A stretch of 64,000 bases of DNA from the NCBI GenBank assembly GCA_965153455.1, contig OZ234494.1:9734001-9798000 (forward strand), written 5' to 3'. Shown piece by piece: positions 10,544-23,650 of the stretch. The translations under genes and the position numbers were made by a program. Origin of the DNA: Sphagnum compactum (Eukaryota). The notes below the pieces were generated by a model, which was not told where the DNA came from, made no database searches, and saw only the letters and a program-made list of their open reading frames with translations. Every line of letters begins with the position of its first letter. Position 1 is the stretch's first letter.

Positions 10544-13500
10544 TAGTCCCAAGATACCCAACTACTATTGGAATTTGTAATTGGCCTTTTTGGCTAAGCC
10601 ATTGGCCATTTTGACCAAACCTACTTAATTAGTCCTATTGATTGAGTATAATAAATGGCTTTATTGATTAGGGCACTTTCCAATTTGACTAGATGTCCAC
10701 TTTGAATAAGTGTCAAATTGGTCACTCTAGTCAAATTGATAGTCAAAAAATACCCATTATCATTCAAGCTCTTGGCCTCTAATAAAAAAAACTCATCCAG
10801 TCAACTTGGTTAGTTTGAAAATATAGGAATTCTAGTAGTGAGTTTACATCAACAAGTTATCATACTCTTTCAATCTGTGCATGGACAAATTTGGCTCCAT
10901 GGTTGTGATTAAATTCATGACTTTGTTTAGCCTTGTTGCATCTTGTTGCAACTTCTGGATTGATCTATTACACACAGCCTAGATTTCCTTCTTACGCATA
11001 GCTTCATCCCATTGATGCACAGTACTCTAAAGCTCCTCCTTGAGTTTCATAATTTCGTCTCCTATAACTACACCCGTCATTGGAGACTCTCCTTGTCTCG
11101 TTACAAAGTTGCAAATCTAATCTCTAGATCATCTGCTTCTTCTTTCATGACCCAATATTTGGCTTCCTCTATGTCTTGATTTGCTTTTAACAAATCCTTC
11201 TCTCCCTTAATTATCTCATATAACTGCATCTATTACTCTAGAGTTGCCTTCCTCTATTTTACCATAATAAGCTCGATCTTCAACTAGTTTAGCTCTTTCT
11301 CCTTGGTTTAAAATGTCTTTTTGATCTGAATTTCAGTTGCACAAATGTGATGCTATAAATCTTGAACTTCTTGTTGTGTAGTTGCGGTTTTACTCTCCAA
11401 CTCTTGCTTTTCTGTTTCATTCCTTTCACATAGCAATTTGAGTCCTGACAATTCAATTTTGGTCTCGGTATTTGGCAGCATGTGGACAAATATGACCATC
11501 TTGTGGCCATTCCTGCAACTGGTTTCTGCGTCGAAACAAAATCCCTGATTGATAAGTCTTGAGGATTTGTGTAAGCCATGGTTGACCTCAGGGCTTAGTT
11601 CCTCTTGTTCTTGTGCAGTTCTCATGTAAATTTGCAAAGGTTCAGAGATAATGTGGTTTTGTAGGTGTAAAGGTTCAAATCTTGTTATAAGCCTTTTGCT
11701 ATTACACATTTTTAAGACCCTGTGCTCTAGCACCTCTGTAATAGGCCATCACAAATGATTTCTTTAAATTAGACATCCCTTGATGTTGTTATTATGTGTC
11801 AGTAACTCTGAATACTTCGCTCTGGTTTTCTTTGAATGTTGCAAGCCTCGAAAAGTGGTTAGAATCCCACTGCAGGAATGGTTGTGGAAAGAATTTGATG
11901 CAGATCAGCTTCATATGTGTCACATGCAAATGCTATGTCGAAGGGTTTAGGGTTTACTATTTTACTCTGGATACCTTCAACTTTTGTCCTGGTTCAGAAT
12001 GGAAAGCTGGCATCTTTTGTTTCTGGCTCCTCAAGCTACACAGGTAGAGCATGGAGCTTAACACATATTCTAGTATGTTGAGTATTCATCATCCTTAAGG
12101 ATGTGGTTGAAAGGGCAGAGCCATTATGTGATGAGCCACTCGTTCTCTAGTAAACCAATTGTGCCTGCTCAAGGCAGTAAATGTAAAATATACATTCCAC
12201 ACACCCTGCACTCTGTTGTGTGAAGCTTTTGGCACGTCCCTCTCTTTTGCACTACATGTGGAGGAGGTTTGCTGCATTTAAGACAGAGCAACTATCTAGT
12301 ACTGCCTACTGCCGCTGGTCCCCAACTGACCCACCAACCCATCCACCACCTGCCATAAAAGCTTGACAATGGAGAAAGTTGACATGAGGACCTGCGTCTA
12401 ATTTTGGTGTGTCTTTCGCTTTGGTTTTGTCCATTCAATAGGACAATACAGCAAAGATTGGAGTTGACTTGGGTTATTGAATTTTGATGGATTGGTTTCT
12501 GATGTATACAGAAAATGGAGATTATAGCTGGATTTGTCCAATATATGTTGTACATCTCAAAGCGTTAGCATTGCTTGGGGGTCTAAACGTGAACAAATGG
12601 CACTACCTAATGTACCATTCATGTACATGGTCCAGTAACCCTCTCTATTAGAATCAGCAGTTGCATATGCTAAAAGCTCCTTGCACTTTGCATGTTGTTT
12701 GCATGGCCCACATGCAAAAAAACATGCAACATGTAAATACTAGTTCAAGCATGCCAACTCTTTAACACAAATCAAGGCTCCTATTCTATTGATCTGATTG
12801 ACCCAAACAGGGCTTTTGTCACACCTAGAACGTAAAGCTTACGAGGCTATTTGAGTGCCAGTCTACTAAAGAAAACTACTCAAAACAATTCAAGGCTCCC
12901 ATTTGAACAACTTGATTGGCCACATAGGCCTTTTTTTAACCCCTAGTCACAAGCCTATTGCAACAAACCTGTATACCTGCCCAGGTATTTGTGCATATTT
13001 TTCACACTAGTGCTATAACCCATTTCTGAACACATGCAAGGTTTTAAAACTTTCAACATCATTAAGCTTAATCTTACTGGTGATAGGAATGTCAGAAAAT
13101 GGTGTGTGATCAAGGAAGGTATTTAAGCAAATATTATTCTTATGTGCTTTTCCTTCTCCAACTCAAGTGTTGTAATCTATCACTTTCTTTAATCCAGAAA
13201 AAGGAGAGATAATTTCAACACATATGCATTAGTAAGTCGCCATTCCATTTATTCTTCAACATTCAATGTAATTAAACAGTAAAAAATTTAAAGATTTATC
13301 ATGGGCTTAGTATCTCTCCAAATATGACATACATATGTTGGCATCTTCAACAGGTATCTGTCCAATAATTAATTAATATTGAGATTCTCATTTTGAAAAT
13401 GAAATATTCTTGAAGATTCAATATTTCCTTCCCAACTTTTTGTTTCACAATTTGAACATTTCTGAAAATAATATAATTAGTGTTGAAGCTGCCAAGCCTC

Positions 13501-14199
13501 TAGGTAGTATGGTATTTACTAAAATTACCTCCAAATGAATAAACAAATACCATATTTTGAATTGACACCATTTCTATAGTTTTTTGTAAGTTAAGGAGGG
13601 TACTCAAAATTTGAGACACACAAACACAATGTGAAACATGTATAAAACTTGTGACTAAAACACTAGTGCACTCTCCTTCCTAAATGGTCCCCCTATAAAT
13701 TGATGCACACTCCAATGCATAAACCTACAACACACCACACCAAGCCACCCCCAAAACCAGATTCTGAGTAGGTCCTACTAAGTTAATAATAAATAATTAA
13801 TCGAATTGATTGAAAAATCGATTAATTTTTTTTATTTTTAGAAAAATAATTAAAACAAAAGCCAATTTAGACCCTTGTTACCAACAAGGCCACAGCCTAA
13901 GTAATCCCTAGCAGGTACCTAGTAAACAAGATTTTGTATGGTGGGCGTTGACGCTGTTGTCACCCAAAGCCAAAATTTTCCACAACTGGCATTCATTTCA
14001 ATTATTCATGTACATTTATTGAAAGAAGGGGTTTGGTAGGTAGCTCTTCTGGCTGACTTTTGGGGTTTGCTCAATTAATATACCTACCCATCCATGTTTT
14101 TGACCTACCGTGTCGCTGTGTTTCCTCCCTGGCACTTGCTGCATGGTTTTCCCACACTTCACTCTGACATGCGAGGCCCTTAGTCCAGTAAAGGCCGCA

Positions 14200-14233
14200 A
14201 GTGGGCCTGCATGTGGGTTTAGGGTTTAGGGTT
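14200..14233 (+). promoter_or_regulatory. Site II (TGGGCC) plus tandem telo-boxes upstream of the helicase gene
   Basis: GTGGGCC is followed by GGGTTTAGGGTTTAGGGTTT, and another telo-box lies at ~15240 in intron 1. This combination is known in plant translation and ribosome-biogenesis gene promoters. Confidence 0.45.
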
Positions 14234-14244
14234 TTTGTTATGTT

Positions 14245-14557
14245 ATACCCGTCGGTTATAACTTGGGCATAAATCCACTTGCCTGTCGGTTCTCAAAATT
14301 TTCAAAATAATCGATTATGGTACATAACCTTGGTTTTCCCCAAAAGAAATAAAAAGTTAAAAGAACTGACCAAAGAACCGCCAGCCCTTTGGCTGGTTAT
14401 CTCGTGAAAACCATCAATTCTTTCAGAGTTTTGAAAGAGCCGGGACTGACAATTCTTTGATTCTAAATTCCTTGTTGGCTCTGGTTCTTTGATTCTGGTT
14501 TTGTCCAGGAAAGGAACCGGCGGTTCTTGAAAAGCTCAAGGAACCGCCCAACACCGG
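14245..14557. mobile_element. MITE-like repeat rich in AACCGCC/CGGTTC motifs; related inverted copy at ~22332-22620
   Basis: End GAACCGCCCAACACCGG (rc CCGGTGTTGGGCGGTTC) resembles CCAGTGTTGCTTGGTTC at 22332. Both share AGAACC/GGTTCT repeats. Confidence 0.45.
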
Positions 14558-14928
14558 TAAACCCCACATCCAAGAGATTTTACCCACCACGAAACATCCA
14601 ACTGCATGGTTTTGTAAACGTAGGTTTGCGCTAAGTTATTAGGTGTTTATTATAATTGGTACGTTCGAAGTTTGTCAGTGTCTTCTCCAAACACCAAACC
14701 CAAAGGTTCTTCATCTTCCGCGGAAGTGAGGTAGTTCTGCAGCTTCGAACTACCTTGTGTATCTTCCCAACCATACATTCGCTGGGTTTCAGTATCGTTG
14801 CTTGCAGGCCTTCGCTTGCAGCAACTTGTGGTCGCTTTGTCTGCCCGCTCAAGATTAGGGTTTCTGGATTCGTGTTGGCTCTGTCGACTGCGGATCTCGG
14901 AGCTGTTGGTGGAGCTCGTTCTGCGGCC

Positions 14929-17900
14929 ATGCCAGGGGGTCCGAATTCACAAGGGAGAGGGAGGGGTGGTCGTGGTGGCGGCGGCGGCGGGCGGGGAGGA
15001 GGTGGTCGGGGCGGCGGTGGTGGTGGTCGAGGAGGTGGTCAGCGATGGTGGGATCCTGTGTGGAGAGCAGAAAAGTTGAAACAGATGCAAGCAGAGGTTT
15101 GTAGATTCTTCTGAGCTTGCTCACTCAACAAGAGTATATGTATTCATATCCTTAAGGTTCAGATTTCCTCAAGCCACCTCAATTGCCCAGATGCATGCCA
15201 TATGACATTCTTCTCTCTGCTCAAATTTTGTAATCGCAAGGTTTAGGGTTTTATGGTTGTGTCTCAGATGGGGCACATCATGAATCATTTGCTCTTTTTT
15301 TTTGGAAATATTGACCAGTAAGGACTCGCAATCTTGTGAACAGGCCACATGGAATTATTCTCTCTCCATTTTTATTCTTCTACAGAGATCTGGTCCATGG
15401 TTGCAGCAATGTTTGGAAACTGGTTCTCAAATTCTCACAAATCAACAGTACTATTTGAAACTTTGGGTTTTGTGCATGTTACAATGTCCTTCAGCTTGCT
15501 TTGTCTGTGTTTTGCAGGGTCCCAAAGAGGAAGAGCTTGATGAAAATGAGTGGTGGGACAAGTTAGAGAAGCTTAAGGTCAACAATGAACAACAGGAGAT
15601 TGTAATCAAGAGGAACTTTGGTCGCAGGGGTGCAGAAGTCTTTGAAGACTTTGCCTATCAGCTCGGTCTTCACTTGTAAGGGTCTTGGCTTCTACAGGAT
15701 CTCTGGCTAGAAAATTTGCTGCCATGTGCATACCACCTGCAATTCGCAAGCATACACAGAAAACATACATGTTCTGCTGAATTGATGATTTGTGTCAGAG
15801 TATGTACCAAAGTAACAGTGCTGCTGCAAAACTGTAAGCATGACAGCATAGATCCTTTTTGGTTGGCAGAACTGTCTAATTTGAAGATGGATTGAGCTGT
15901 ATTTTTCCTAACAGCTTTGCAAATGGGTGGAAATTGGTGGAAAGGAAGCCATGCTTACAATAAAGGGAGGAACACTGTGCTTGTGGTCAGCAAACTTCCC
16001 CTGCCCAATTATCGTGCTGATCTTGATGATCATCATGGCTCCTCCCAGCGACAGGTGATAATGGGGTCTGCAGTGCAGGATTTACATCCTTTCTTGTTAA
16101 GCAACTCCTTATTTTTTCTGCACCTAATTTTCCCCAGCTACAGTATTCTACTCTGATTATGCCTAGTGCCATGATTCATTCATGAGTTGATAGCCTTTGA
16201 GGGTTCTTTTTTACCCGGAGATTTGATTTTGTTATGGTCTTCATATTTCTGGTGGATTTTAGCAAGAGTTTGCTGCAACATGATGCTGAGGATATGCCAT
16301 TGCTGTGGACACATTGCTGTAGGCTGTCAGTGGACATTTTTCTCATTTTGACAGTGGCCTTGTCTGTGCTAAATGTAGATTACTATGTCAGCAGCAACAG
16401 AAACTCGTGTGGAGAATATGTTGGCAAACATTCGTGATACAAATGGGTCATCTGCTTCCACGTCCAGAAGTTTGGGTGGGGAGGGTTCAGGGCAGGGCTC
16501 TCAGTTGTCACGTGCAGCTCGAGAAAATCCTCAGCCACGAATGCCAACATCTGGTGTTGACAAGGAAAAACAGAATGTGCAACTTAGAGAGAATCAGCAT
16601 CAGCTGAAGGTTGTTGGACTTTTCCTACAATGATGGCCTTCAACATGAATTAATATCCCATGCATGCATTTCCCCCCTTACTGTTGAAAAGCCCATTTCA
16701 ATTTAATATCCCATGCTCATATTTGTGTTGGTATCGCTTGCACACCATAAGATTTTGCAACTCTGAGTTAAAGTGGGGGAGATAATGCTCTTTTGTTTCT
16801 GAATTCTTGGTGGCAATTGCAGAGCAGTGCCACTGTAAAAGCAATGCAAGTCTTCCGAGAGAAACTACCAGCTTTCAAAATGAAGGATACATTGTTGCAA
16901 GCAGTCAGAAACAACCAGGTACTTAACCATCCATCCTCAATTTCTTTTCTGCTTTCACAGGATCTTGTATAAGGTAGTTCATTCACCAAGAGTTGCAGCA
17001 TGCTGAATCCAGCCCAAAATTGTTGAATTCTATCGCACAGGTTATAGTGGTTTCTGGAGAGACAGGTTGTGGGAAGACAACCCAGCTGCCTCAGTTTGTC
17101 TTGGAGGAGGAGATAGAGGCTGGGCGAGGTGTGGACTGCAACATCATTTGCACTCAACCACGCCGAATTTCTGCCATGTCAGTGGCTGCTCGTGTGGCAG
17201 CTGAGAGGGGAGATGCCTTGGGACAGAGTGTAGGTTACCAGATTCGTCTTGAAGCCAAACGGTCTGCCCAGACACGTCTTCTTTTCTGCACCACTGGAGT
17301 GCTGCTTCGGCGTCTTGTACGTTATTTCTCTTTGCACTGTTACAAACTTTTCTGTTATGCTGACAGTATTGTGGTCATTCTATGTGTGGAGTGCATGTAA
17401 ATTGGTGCGGAAGACTTTTGCATTCGTATGACAGTCTTTGTATAGCTCCTTCCAAGATGTCTTTTGTTGGGTGATTGACATAGGTGCAAGAACCAGATTT
17501 GAATGGAGTAAGTCATGTGATGGTGGATGAGATCCATGAACGGGGCATGAATGAAGATTTTCTGCTCATCATTCTGCGTGACCTTCTTCCTCGTCGTCCT
17601 GACCTCCGCTTAGTGCTGATGAGTGCCACAATTAATGCTGAACTCTTCTCAAAGTATTTTGGGAATGCACCCATGATGCACATTCCCGTAAGTTCTGTCT
17701 CCTATAACTGCTGTGCAGTTGTTTTCCTCTGTTTATTGTCATTGAGATCTAGCAATGCTTCACTCAAGACCTCTGAATGTTTTCAATGTGGAGCAAATTA
17801 TGATAAATGCAAGGTTCTGCCAAATTCAGGGGTTCACATTTCCAGTGAAGGAGTTGTTTTTGGAGGACGTGTTGGAGCTCACACACTATTCTGTTGGTGC

Positions 17901-20900
17901 TGACCAAGGAGGTTTCTCTGGTGGGGGTTTTGGAGGAAAAAGGCGCAAAACCCAAGAGAGAGAGAGGGACCCAATTAGTGAAGCATTTGAGGCAAGTCTA
18001 TCAGTGGGTTCTAAGCCATTCAGAAAGACTTGCAAGTCCTTGAGAGCTTAAAGTCAATTACATTCTAACCTTGAAGCACGTCATTAGAAGTTGCACAATG
18101 AGCTAACATAATATTTAGTTGGTGAAAAACTACATAGATGAAGAATTTCTGAGAAATTTGGAACGGAAAGAAATTCACATAGATGGCACGCAAAAGCACC
18201 AATTCTACTTGAAGATGTTACCTTGGACATTATTCAGTTTTTCAGCTTCTCAAATGAGAGGACTTCAACATGAAAGCTTTCTAGACTCTTACTTTGTTTG
18301 CTTATCTGTTCTCATTCCTTTCTTGCAGGATGTCAGTATAGAGTCAGAATACCAAAGGTACAGTAAGGCAACCCAGCAGTCACTACAAGTTTGGAATGGA
18401 GAGCAGATTGATCTTGGGTTGGTGGGTTTCCTTTTGTGCCTTCCCTCTCTGTCACATTTGCTTGCTCCTGAACTGTACTGATTTTCCACGCCTCAAATGC
18501 TTGTAACAAAGGATGTCGCAAAAGGCTGTCACTTGTTTTGTGACATCCTTTGTTACAGATCTGCTAATCCTTAATGTGTTGGGAATTTGCAGGTGGAGGC
18601 CACACTTGAGCACATCTGTGTAAAGGAAGAAGAAGGTGCAGTTCTTGTGTTTCTGACAGGGTGGGATGAAATCTCCAAGCTGATAGAACGACTCAAGTCC
18701 AATCCTGTGCTAAATGACAGCAGTAGGTTCCTCATGTTACCACTTCATGGATCAATGCCAACTATCAACCAGCGAGAAATTTTCCAGCGTCCTCCACGTG
18801 GAGTAAGGTAATTCTTGCTTGCCTCCCAACAGCTCTTTCACAGAGTTGGGACCACTGTCGTGTCAACGTTGATGGTGACTTGCATGTCATAATATGTTGT
18901 AAAGCTGATTTTGGTGAGAATTCTTGTGTGCAGAAAGATTGTGCTGGCCACCAATATTGCTGAGACAAGTATCACCATAGATGATGTAGTTTATGTGATT
19001 GATTGTGGGAAGGCCAAAGAGACCAGCTATGATGCTCTCAACAAACTGGCCTGTCTATTGCCCTCTTGGGTATCTAAGGCCTCTGCACATCAGGTTATAA
19101 GCATTCAAATTGAACCTTTGTGTATTTATGCAGTGTTGTTTCTTGCATAGGATTTTGTGATTGTCACAATCTGGCTTTCTCTGCAAACCTCTTGCTTTCT
19201 ACTTCACATGGTCTAAATAATCAAGTATCCTTATGGTTAAGAAACTGTTCAAGTTTGCTGCAGAGGCGAGGACGAGCTGGGCGAGTCCAGGCTGGCGTAT
19301 GTTACCATCTATACCCAAAGCTTATCTACTCCTCCATGCCACTATACCAGCTCCCAGAGATATTGCGAACTCCCTTGCAAGAGCTTTGTCTGCAAATCAA
19401 GAGCTTACAACTGGGCAGCATAGCCTACTTTCTCTCAAAGGCATTGGAACCACCTGAGGCTCTTGCAGTGCAAAATGCCATTGAGCTTCTGAAAACCATT
19501 GGAGCCTTGGATATCGCAGAGGAGCTTACTCCATTGGGTAAGGCTCTGGAGCCCTGACTAAGTGTTTTGTCAGCCAATATCCTTGTATAAGTGTCTGAAG
19601 AATTCATCTCTGTAACCATCAATTGCCATCAGGCTGTAACATCTTATCACCCGGTCATGGGGATGTTAGTTGATTTTGCAAGCATATTTTGCTCAACTAG
19701 TTTGTGCACCTTTCATAAATTGAGCTAGACTGAGTATGTTTCCAATAACCAGAGGTGTGCAGGTATTGACATGATCCATATGCCTCACATTTGTTCCAAT
19801 ATCTCTGGAATTGGACTCTGTTGGGAGTCATCAATAGTCAGGTCTACAGGTCTTGAGGCTTTGTAGTTCTAAAGTTACCCACTGTAGGGAGCTGATGAAG
19901 TCAGTGGGAAAGTTATGATAGAAAGTCACAACCTAACCACTGTCCTATACCCTCTGTGCAGAGCAGATGGAGTCAGTGGCAGGGTTCAGTGGCAAGGTTA
20001 TTATAGAAATGTCACTATCCTACATGTACTGACGCTGCTATTCATACTACTAGTTTTGCTGTTTCAGTTTGAACTAGCTTCTCCCTTGTGCATTTTTCTT
20101 CCTCCCTGTTTTAGTCCTTACATGTAGGGTTTTTCATTGACTGCAGTGAGTTTTCGCCTCAACCTGGTTACCTTCAATTGTCAGTATGGAGATTGCTTGA
20201 TACTCATGAGAGTTATTTTCATAAATTGAGCTATGCTTAGAGGCTAACATGGTTTTCTGACTTTGTCAGGGCGCCACCTTTCAACACTCCCTGTTGACCC
20301 CAAGGTGGGGAAGATGCTACTTATGGGTGCTGTCTTTCAGTGTTTAGGACCTGCTCTTACCATATCAGCAGCACTTGCTCATCGTGACCCATTTGTCCTT
20401 CCACTTGAGCACAAAGAGGAGGCTGATGATGCTCGGCGGCGATTTGCTGGTGATTCACGAAGGTAAAATATCTATTATTGGATGAAATATGCCATTTTCG
20501 AATTTTTGCTTTGCTTGTGAGCTTCATAAAGCAAATTAAGTCTGTTCTTGTGACCATATCATCTTTTTGTCCAATTAATATATTGAAATTTTGGGGGACT
20601 TGGAGAAAATTCTGACATGTAGTTTTCTGGTGTGGGCATTGTGTGAGCAGTGATCATATTGCACTGCTGAAAGCATTTGAAGGTTGGCAGGCTGCTAAAA
20701 GGGAGGGCAGAGAACGTAATTACTGCTGGGAGAACTTTCTTTCTGTATCAACACTACAGATGATGGAAGACATGCGCCGTCAGTTCCTTGATCTACTGTC
20801 TGACATTGGCTTCATTGACAAGTCTCGAGGGCCCCAGGTTAGTTTCTTGGTCTATGCATGATGTCAAAGGTTGGCTTCACAGAATCCTTTTCCCTGCTTG

Positions 20901-21718
20901 AGGAAATTATATGAGAAGTTTTCAACTGCCTGTAGAGAGAAGGGAGATGAACATTTCCATGTGAAAGAGTAATCATGGAAATGGTTGCTCTTTACATGAC
21001 AGAGCTTCAATCAATACAGTCAAGACCTGGAAATGGTGAGGGCAGTGTTGTGTGCTGGCCTCTTCCCAAGTGTTGTCCAGTGCAAAGCCCGTGGGAAGAG
21101 GACTGCTTTCTTCACCAAGGAGGATGGTAAAGTGGAACCTCACCCCTCATCAGTGAATGCGCGTGTCAATAGCTTCCCACAGCCATGGCTTGTGTACAGT
21201 GAGAAAGTGAAAACAACGGGAATATATGTTCGAGACTCAACAAATCTTTCAGATTATGCATTACTGATGTTTGGTGGGAGTCTTACTACCAGTAAGGGTG
21301 GACAAGGGGTAGAAATGCTGGATGGTTACCTGCAGTTTCAAGCATCCAAGAAAACAACCCAATTGGTCCAAGTATGTTCTCACTGATCCTGCCTTTCAGC
21401 ATTTGTGTTGTATCTTAGATTTGTCCAGGCAGAAGCTTGAAAGCACAAATTTGAAGTGAAGATATCAACACCTACAGAGAGATGGTGGAAGGTTAGTAGG
21501 TTATTAAATAATTCTTGTGTGAATGGGTGGAATAGGAACTGCGCAGGCAACTTGATCTCCTGCTTGATCACAAGGTGAAGGACCCAAAGCTTAACATTCA
21601 CACTGAAGGCAAGGGGGTTGTCACTGCGGTGCTGGAGTTGCTTCACAGTGGCAGTATGGAAGATGACAGATACAGCTCAGCTTGGGGAGGTGATGACCGC
21701 TACTCATCTAGAAGATAG
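14929..21718 (+). CDS. DExH1: DExH-box ATP-dependent RNA helicase DExH1 (DHX36-like). 16 exons: 14929-15096, 15518-15675, 15949-16054, 16379-16609, 16823-16918, 17041-17316, 17484-17687, 17830-17991, 18329-18421, 18593-18807, 18934-19093, 19264-19537, 20270-20462, 20651-20837, 21003-21371, 21536-21718
   Basis: RGG-rich N-terminus plus '[11 protein letters not shown]', as in Arabidopsis DExH1. Helicase motifs [47 protein letters not shown], followed by HA2/OB-like regions. All exons splice in frame to TAG at 21716-21718. Confidence 0.95.
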
Positions 21719-23379
21719 TGTGCACTCTGATTTTTTTCACTCTTAACCTATTTTGTGTTCTGATAAACTAAATTCCGCATGCAACTTACACCCTAGATTT
21801 GTCCAATTTTGACCAGCTCTCTCTGGTAGTTGCCTTTTGCAAGATCCTACCAAACATTCTTGAACAGCTGGCTTAAATTGTAGCAGTATTGGACAGCAAG
21901 CCCATATTATCCTTATTTGCCCTCCAGAGTTCATGTACTTCAGAGTAATATGGTGATGTAGAATTACTGTTTCTGTTTCCAGAAGGAACCACTGCATGCT
22001 CCAATGTATGAATCTGAGTTCCTTTTCATAGAGCAAATCCACAGAAAATTTTGCCACAGTCCTGGGCTATCACTATATGTCCCCCGCAATATATTTTAGT
22101 TATTGAAAATCATAGAACTGGGCCCCAACAAGTGGCCTTTGATCCTGGCCTCCTGGGGCCAAGTCTAAGCTGCTATTAACTGAAAGCATGTGTGAATAGT
22201 ATTGAGTTTTTTCATTTGCGCTGTCTTTGGATTCATGACAATGTTGGGATTGAATCTTCCGGGAAAATATGAGAGATCTGTTTGCTTGTGGAAATGCGAC
22301 AGAAAGTCGGGATGCAGGTTTTGGAGCTAAACCAGTGTTGCTTGGTTCTTTGATTTTGTTACTAGCCTATGGTCCCGTCGTTTTTTATGTTTAGAAATCA
22401 TAGAACCTCCGGTTCTGGTTTTTTGAAAAATCGTAAAATCTCAAAACCTCCAGTGTCAGCTTTTTGTGAAATTCTTAGAATCAGAAGAACCTCCTATAGT
22501 TATCAATGAACTGGTAGTTCTCAAATATGAACCAGCAAAGAATTAGTGGCTTAGAATAAGTTCTTTGAGTTTTTTAAGAACCCCAGTTACAGGTCAAGAC
22601 TGGTCCCTTGATTTTGAGAAACTCATTATATGTTTCACAATGGTAAGGAAATGTGGCAAAAGGGTAAGGTGATTAGAAGTAATTAAAACAATGCCAACTT
22701 GGTAACAAGGTATGTGTGAAATGGAAATGTAAGCACATGCAAATGAACGAAAGTTAGATGGGAAAAACACATGGTAATCAGAATTCCATATGCATTTGAA
22801 GAGTGGGACTCAATGGATTTCATAATTGTAAGAAAACCAGACACCATGGGCCTTGAGAATTCAAGGTTAACAGTTTCTAATAAACCTGAGTTATGAACTA
22901 CCCTCTTGTTTGAATTTAAGCCATTAGGCTTTCCTTGCAAGAATTGTTAATAACTTGTAATGTTCTTTTTCATATATTCCAAATGAATTATTTTCTGAAA
23001 ATTAAGTCCCATTTGAATGACATTGTATGCAATTTGAATTGAATTTGATTTGAATTTAATAATTGGATTGAGAATGAATTGGTTTGAATTCAAAATTCAA
23101 TTGAAGAGAAATGAGATGCAAATTGCTGGAGAAGAAGATGTTAAAAATTTACTCATGAATAAGATGTTGAAAAACAAAACTTTAATAAAATAATCTCCTA
23201 AAAAATACCTTTTCATTTTATTTTTACTTGAGAATGGATTAAACATATTCCAATTTGAAATCGACCAAGTGATGATTATGACTATAACTTACAATTCATA
23301 GCACCTAAAATAATCCTACCTAAACTAGCTTCAATGAATCATCATTGTTTGGACCATTCAAACTTATTATGCTTAGAAA

Positions 23380-23650
23380 TCTAGCTTGCAACTTGGCTTG
23401 CCCTATATATGATGTTTCGTTTGTTGTTAACAATTTTTTTCACTACATTAAAATTTGGCTTGGGTTACCTCATCCCTCAATAACTAGTTGTCTACATTAC
23501 ATGTACATATTCAACCCATCGACCCATTGGGTATTCATATTTGCTACAATGTGCCCATTGTAATGAATTGCACATAAATGTGTGATGTTTGAGATGTTTT
23601 TGAATCCATTGCAAAGGAATTTGTTTTCATGTGTTATGCAAGTAATCTCC
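23380..23650 (+). pseudogene. Fragment of the RLE/zinc-knuckle region of a CRE-like retrotransposon
   Basis: Frameshifted translation ('LGLPHPSIT...QPIDPLGIH...C.H...DVFESIAKE') parallels the C-terminal part of the element at ~30200-30500. Confidence 0.5.

Larger units (their letters stand above)
5290..10840. mobile_element. Non-autonomous CACTA (EnSpm)-type element that hosts nested insertions
   Basis: Left end CACTACTAAAATTCCTA (5290) and right end TAGGAATTCTAGTAGTG (10840) match as TIRs at 16/17. Subterminal TTTGACTA(G)-type repeats occur at 5460-5545 and ~10600-10750. The 3-bp flanks (TTT/AGT) do not form a clean TSD. Confidence 0.65.

Noticed and set aside
11289-11733. Host gene in the - strand ORFs
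   Set aside because: No domain or splice structure was recognised. It is more likely decayed retroelement sequence.
14245-22620. Composite transposon carrying DExH1 between two related MITEs
   Set aside because: The recognisable termini face inward and no outer TSD is seen. Independent insertions are the simpler explanation.
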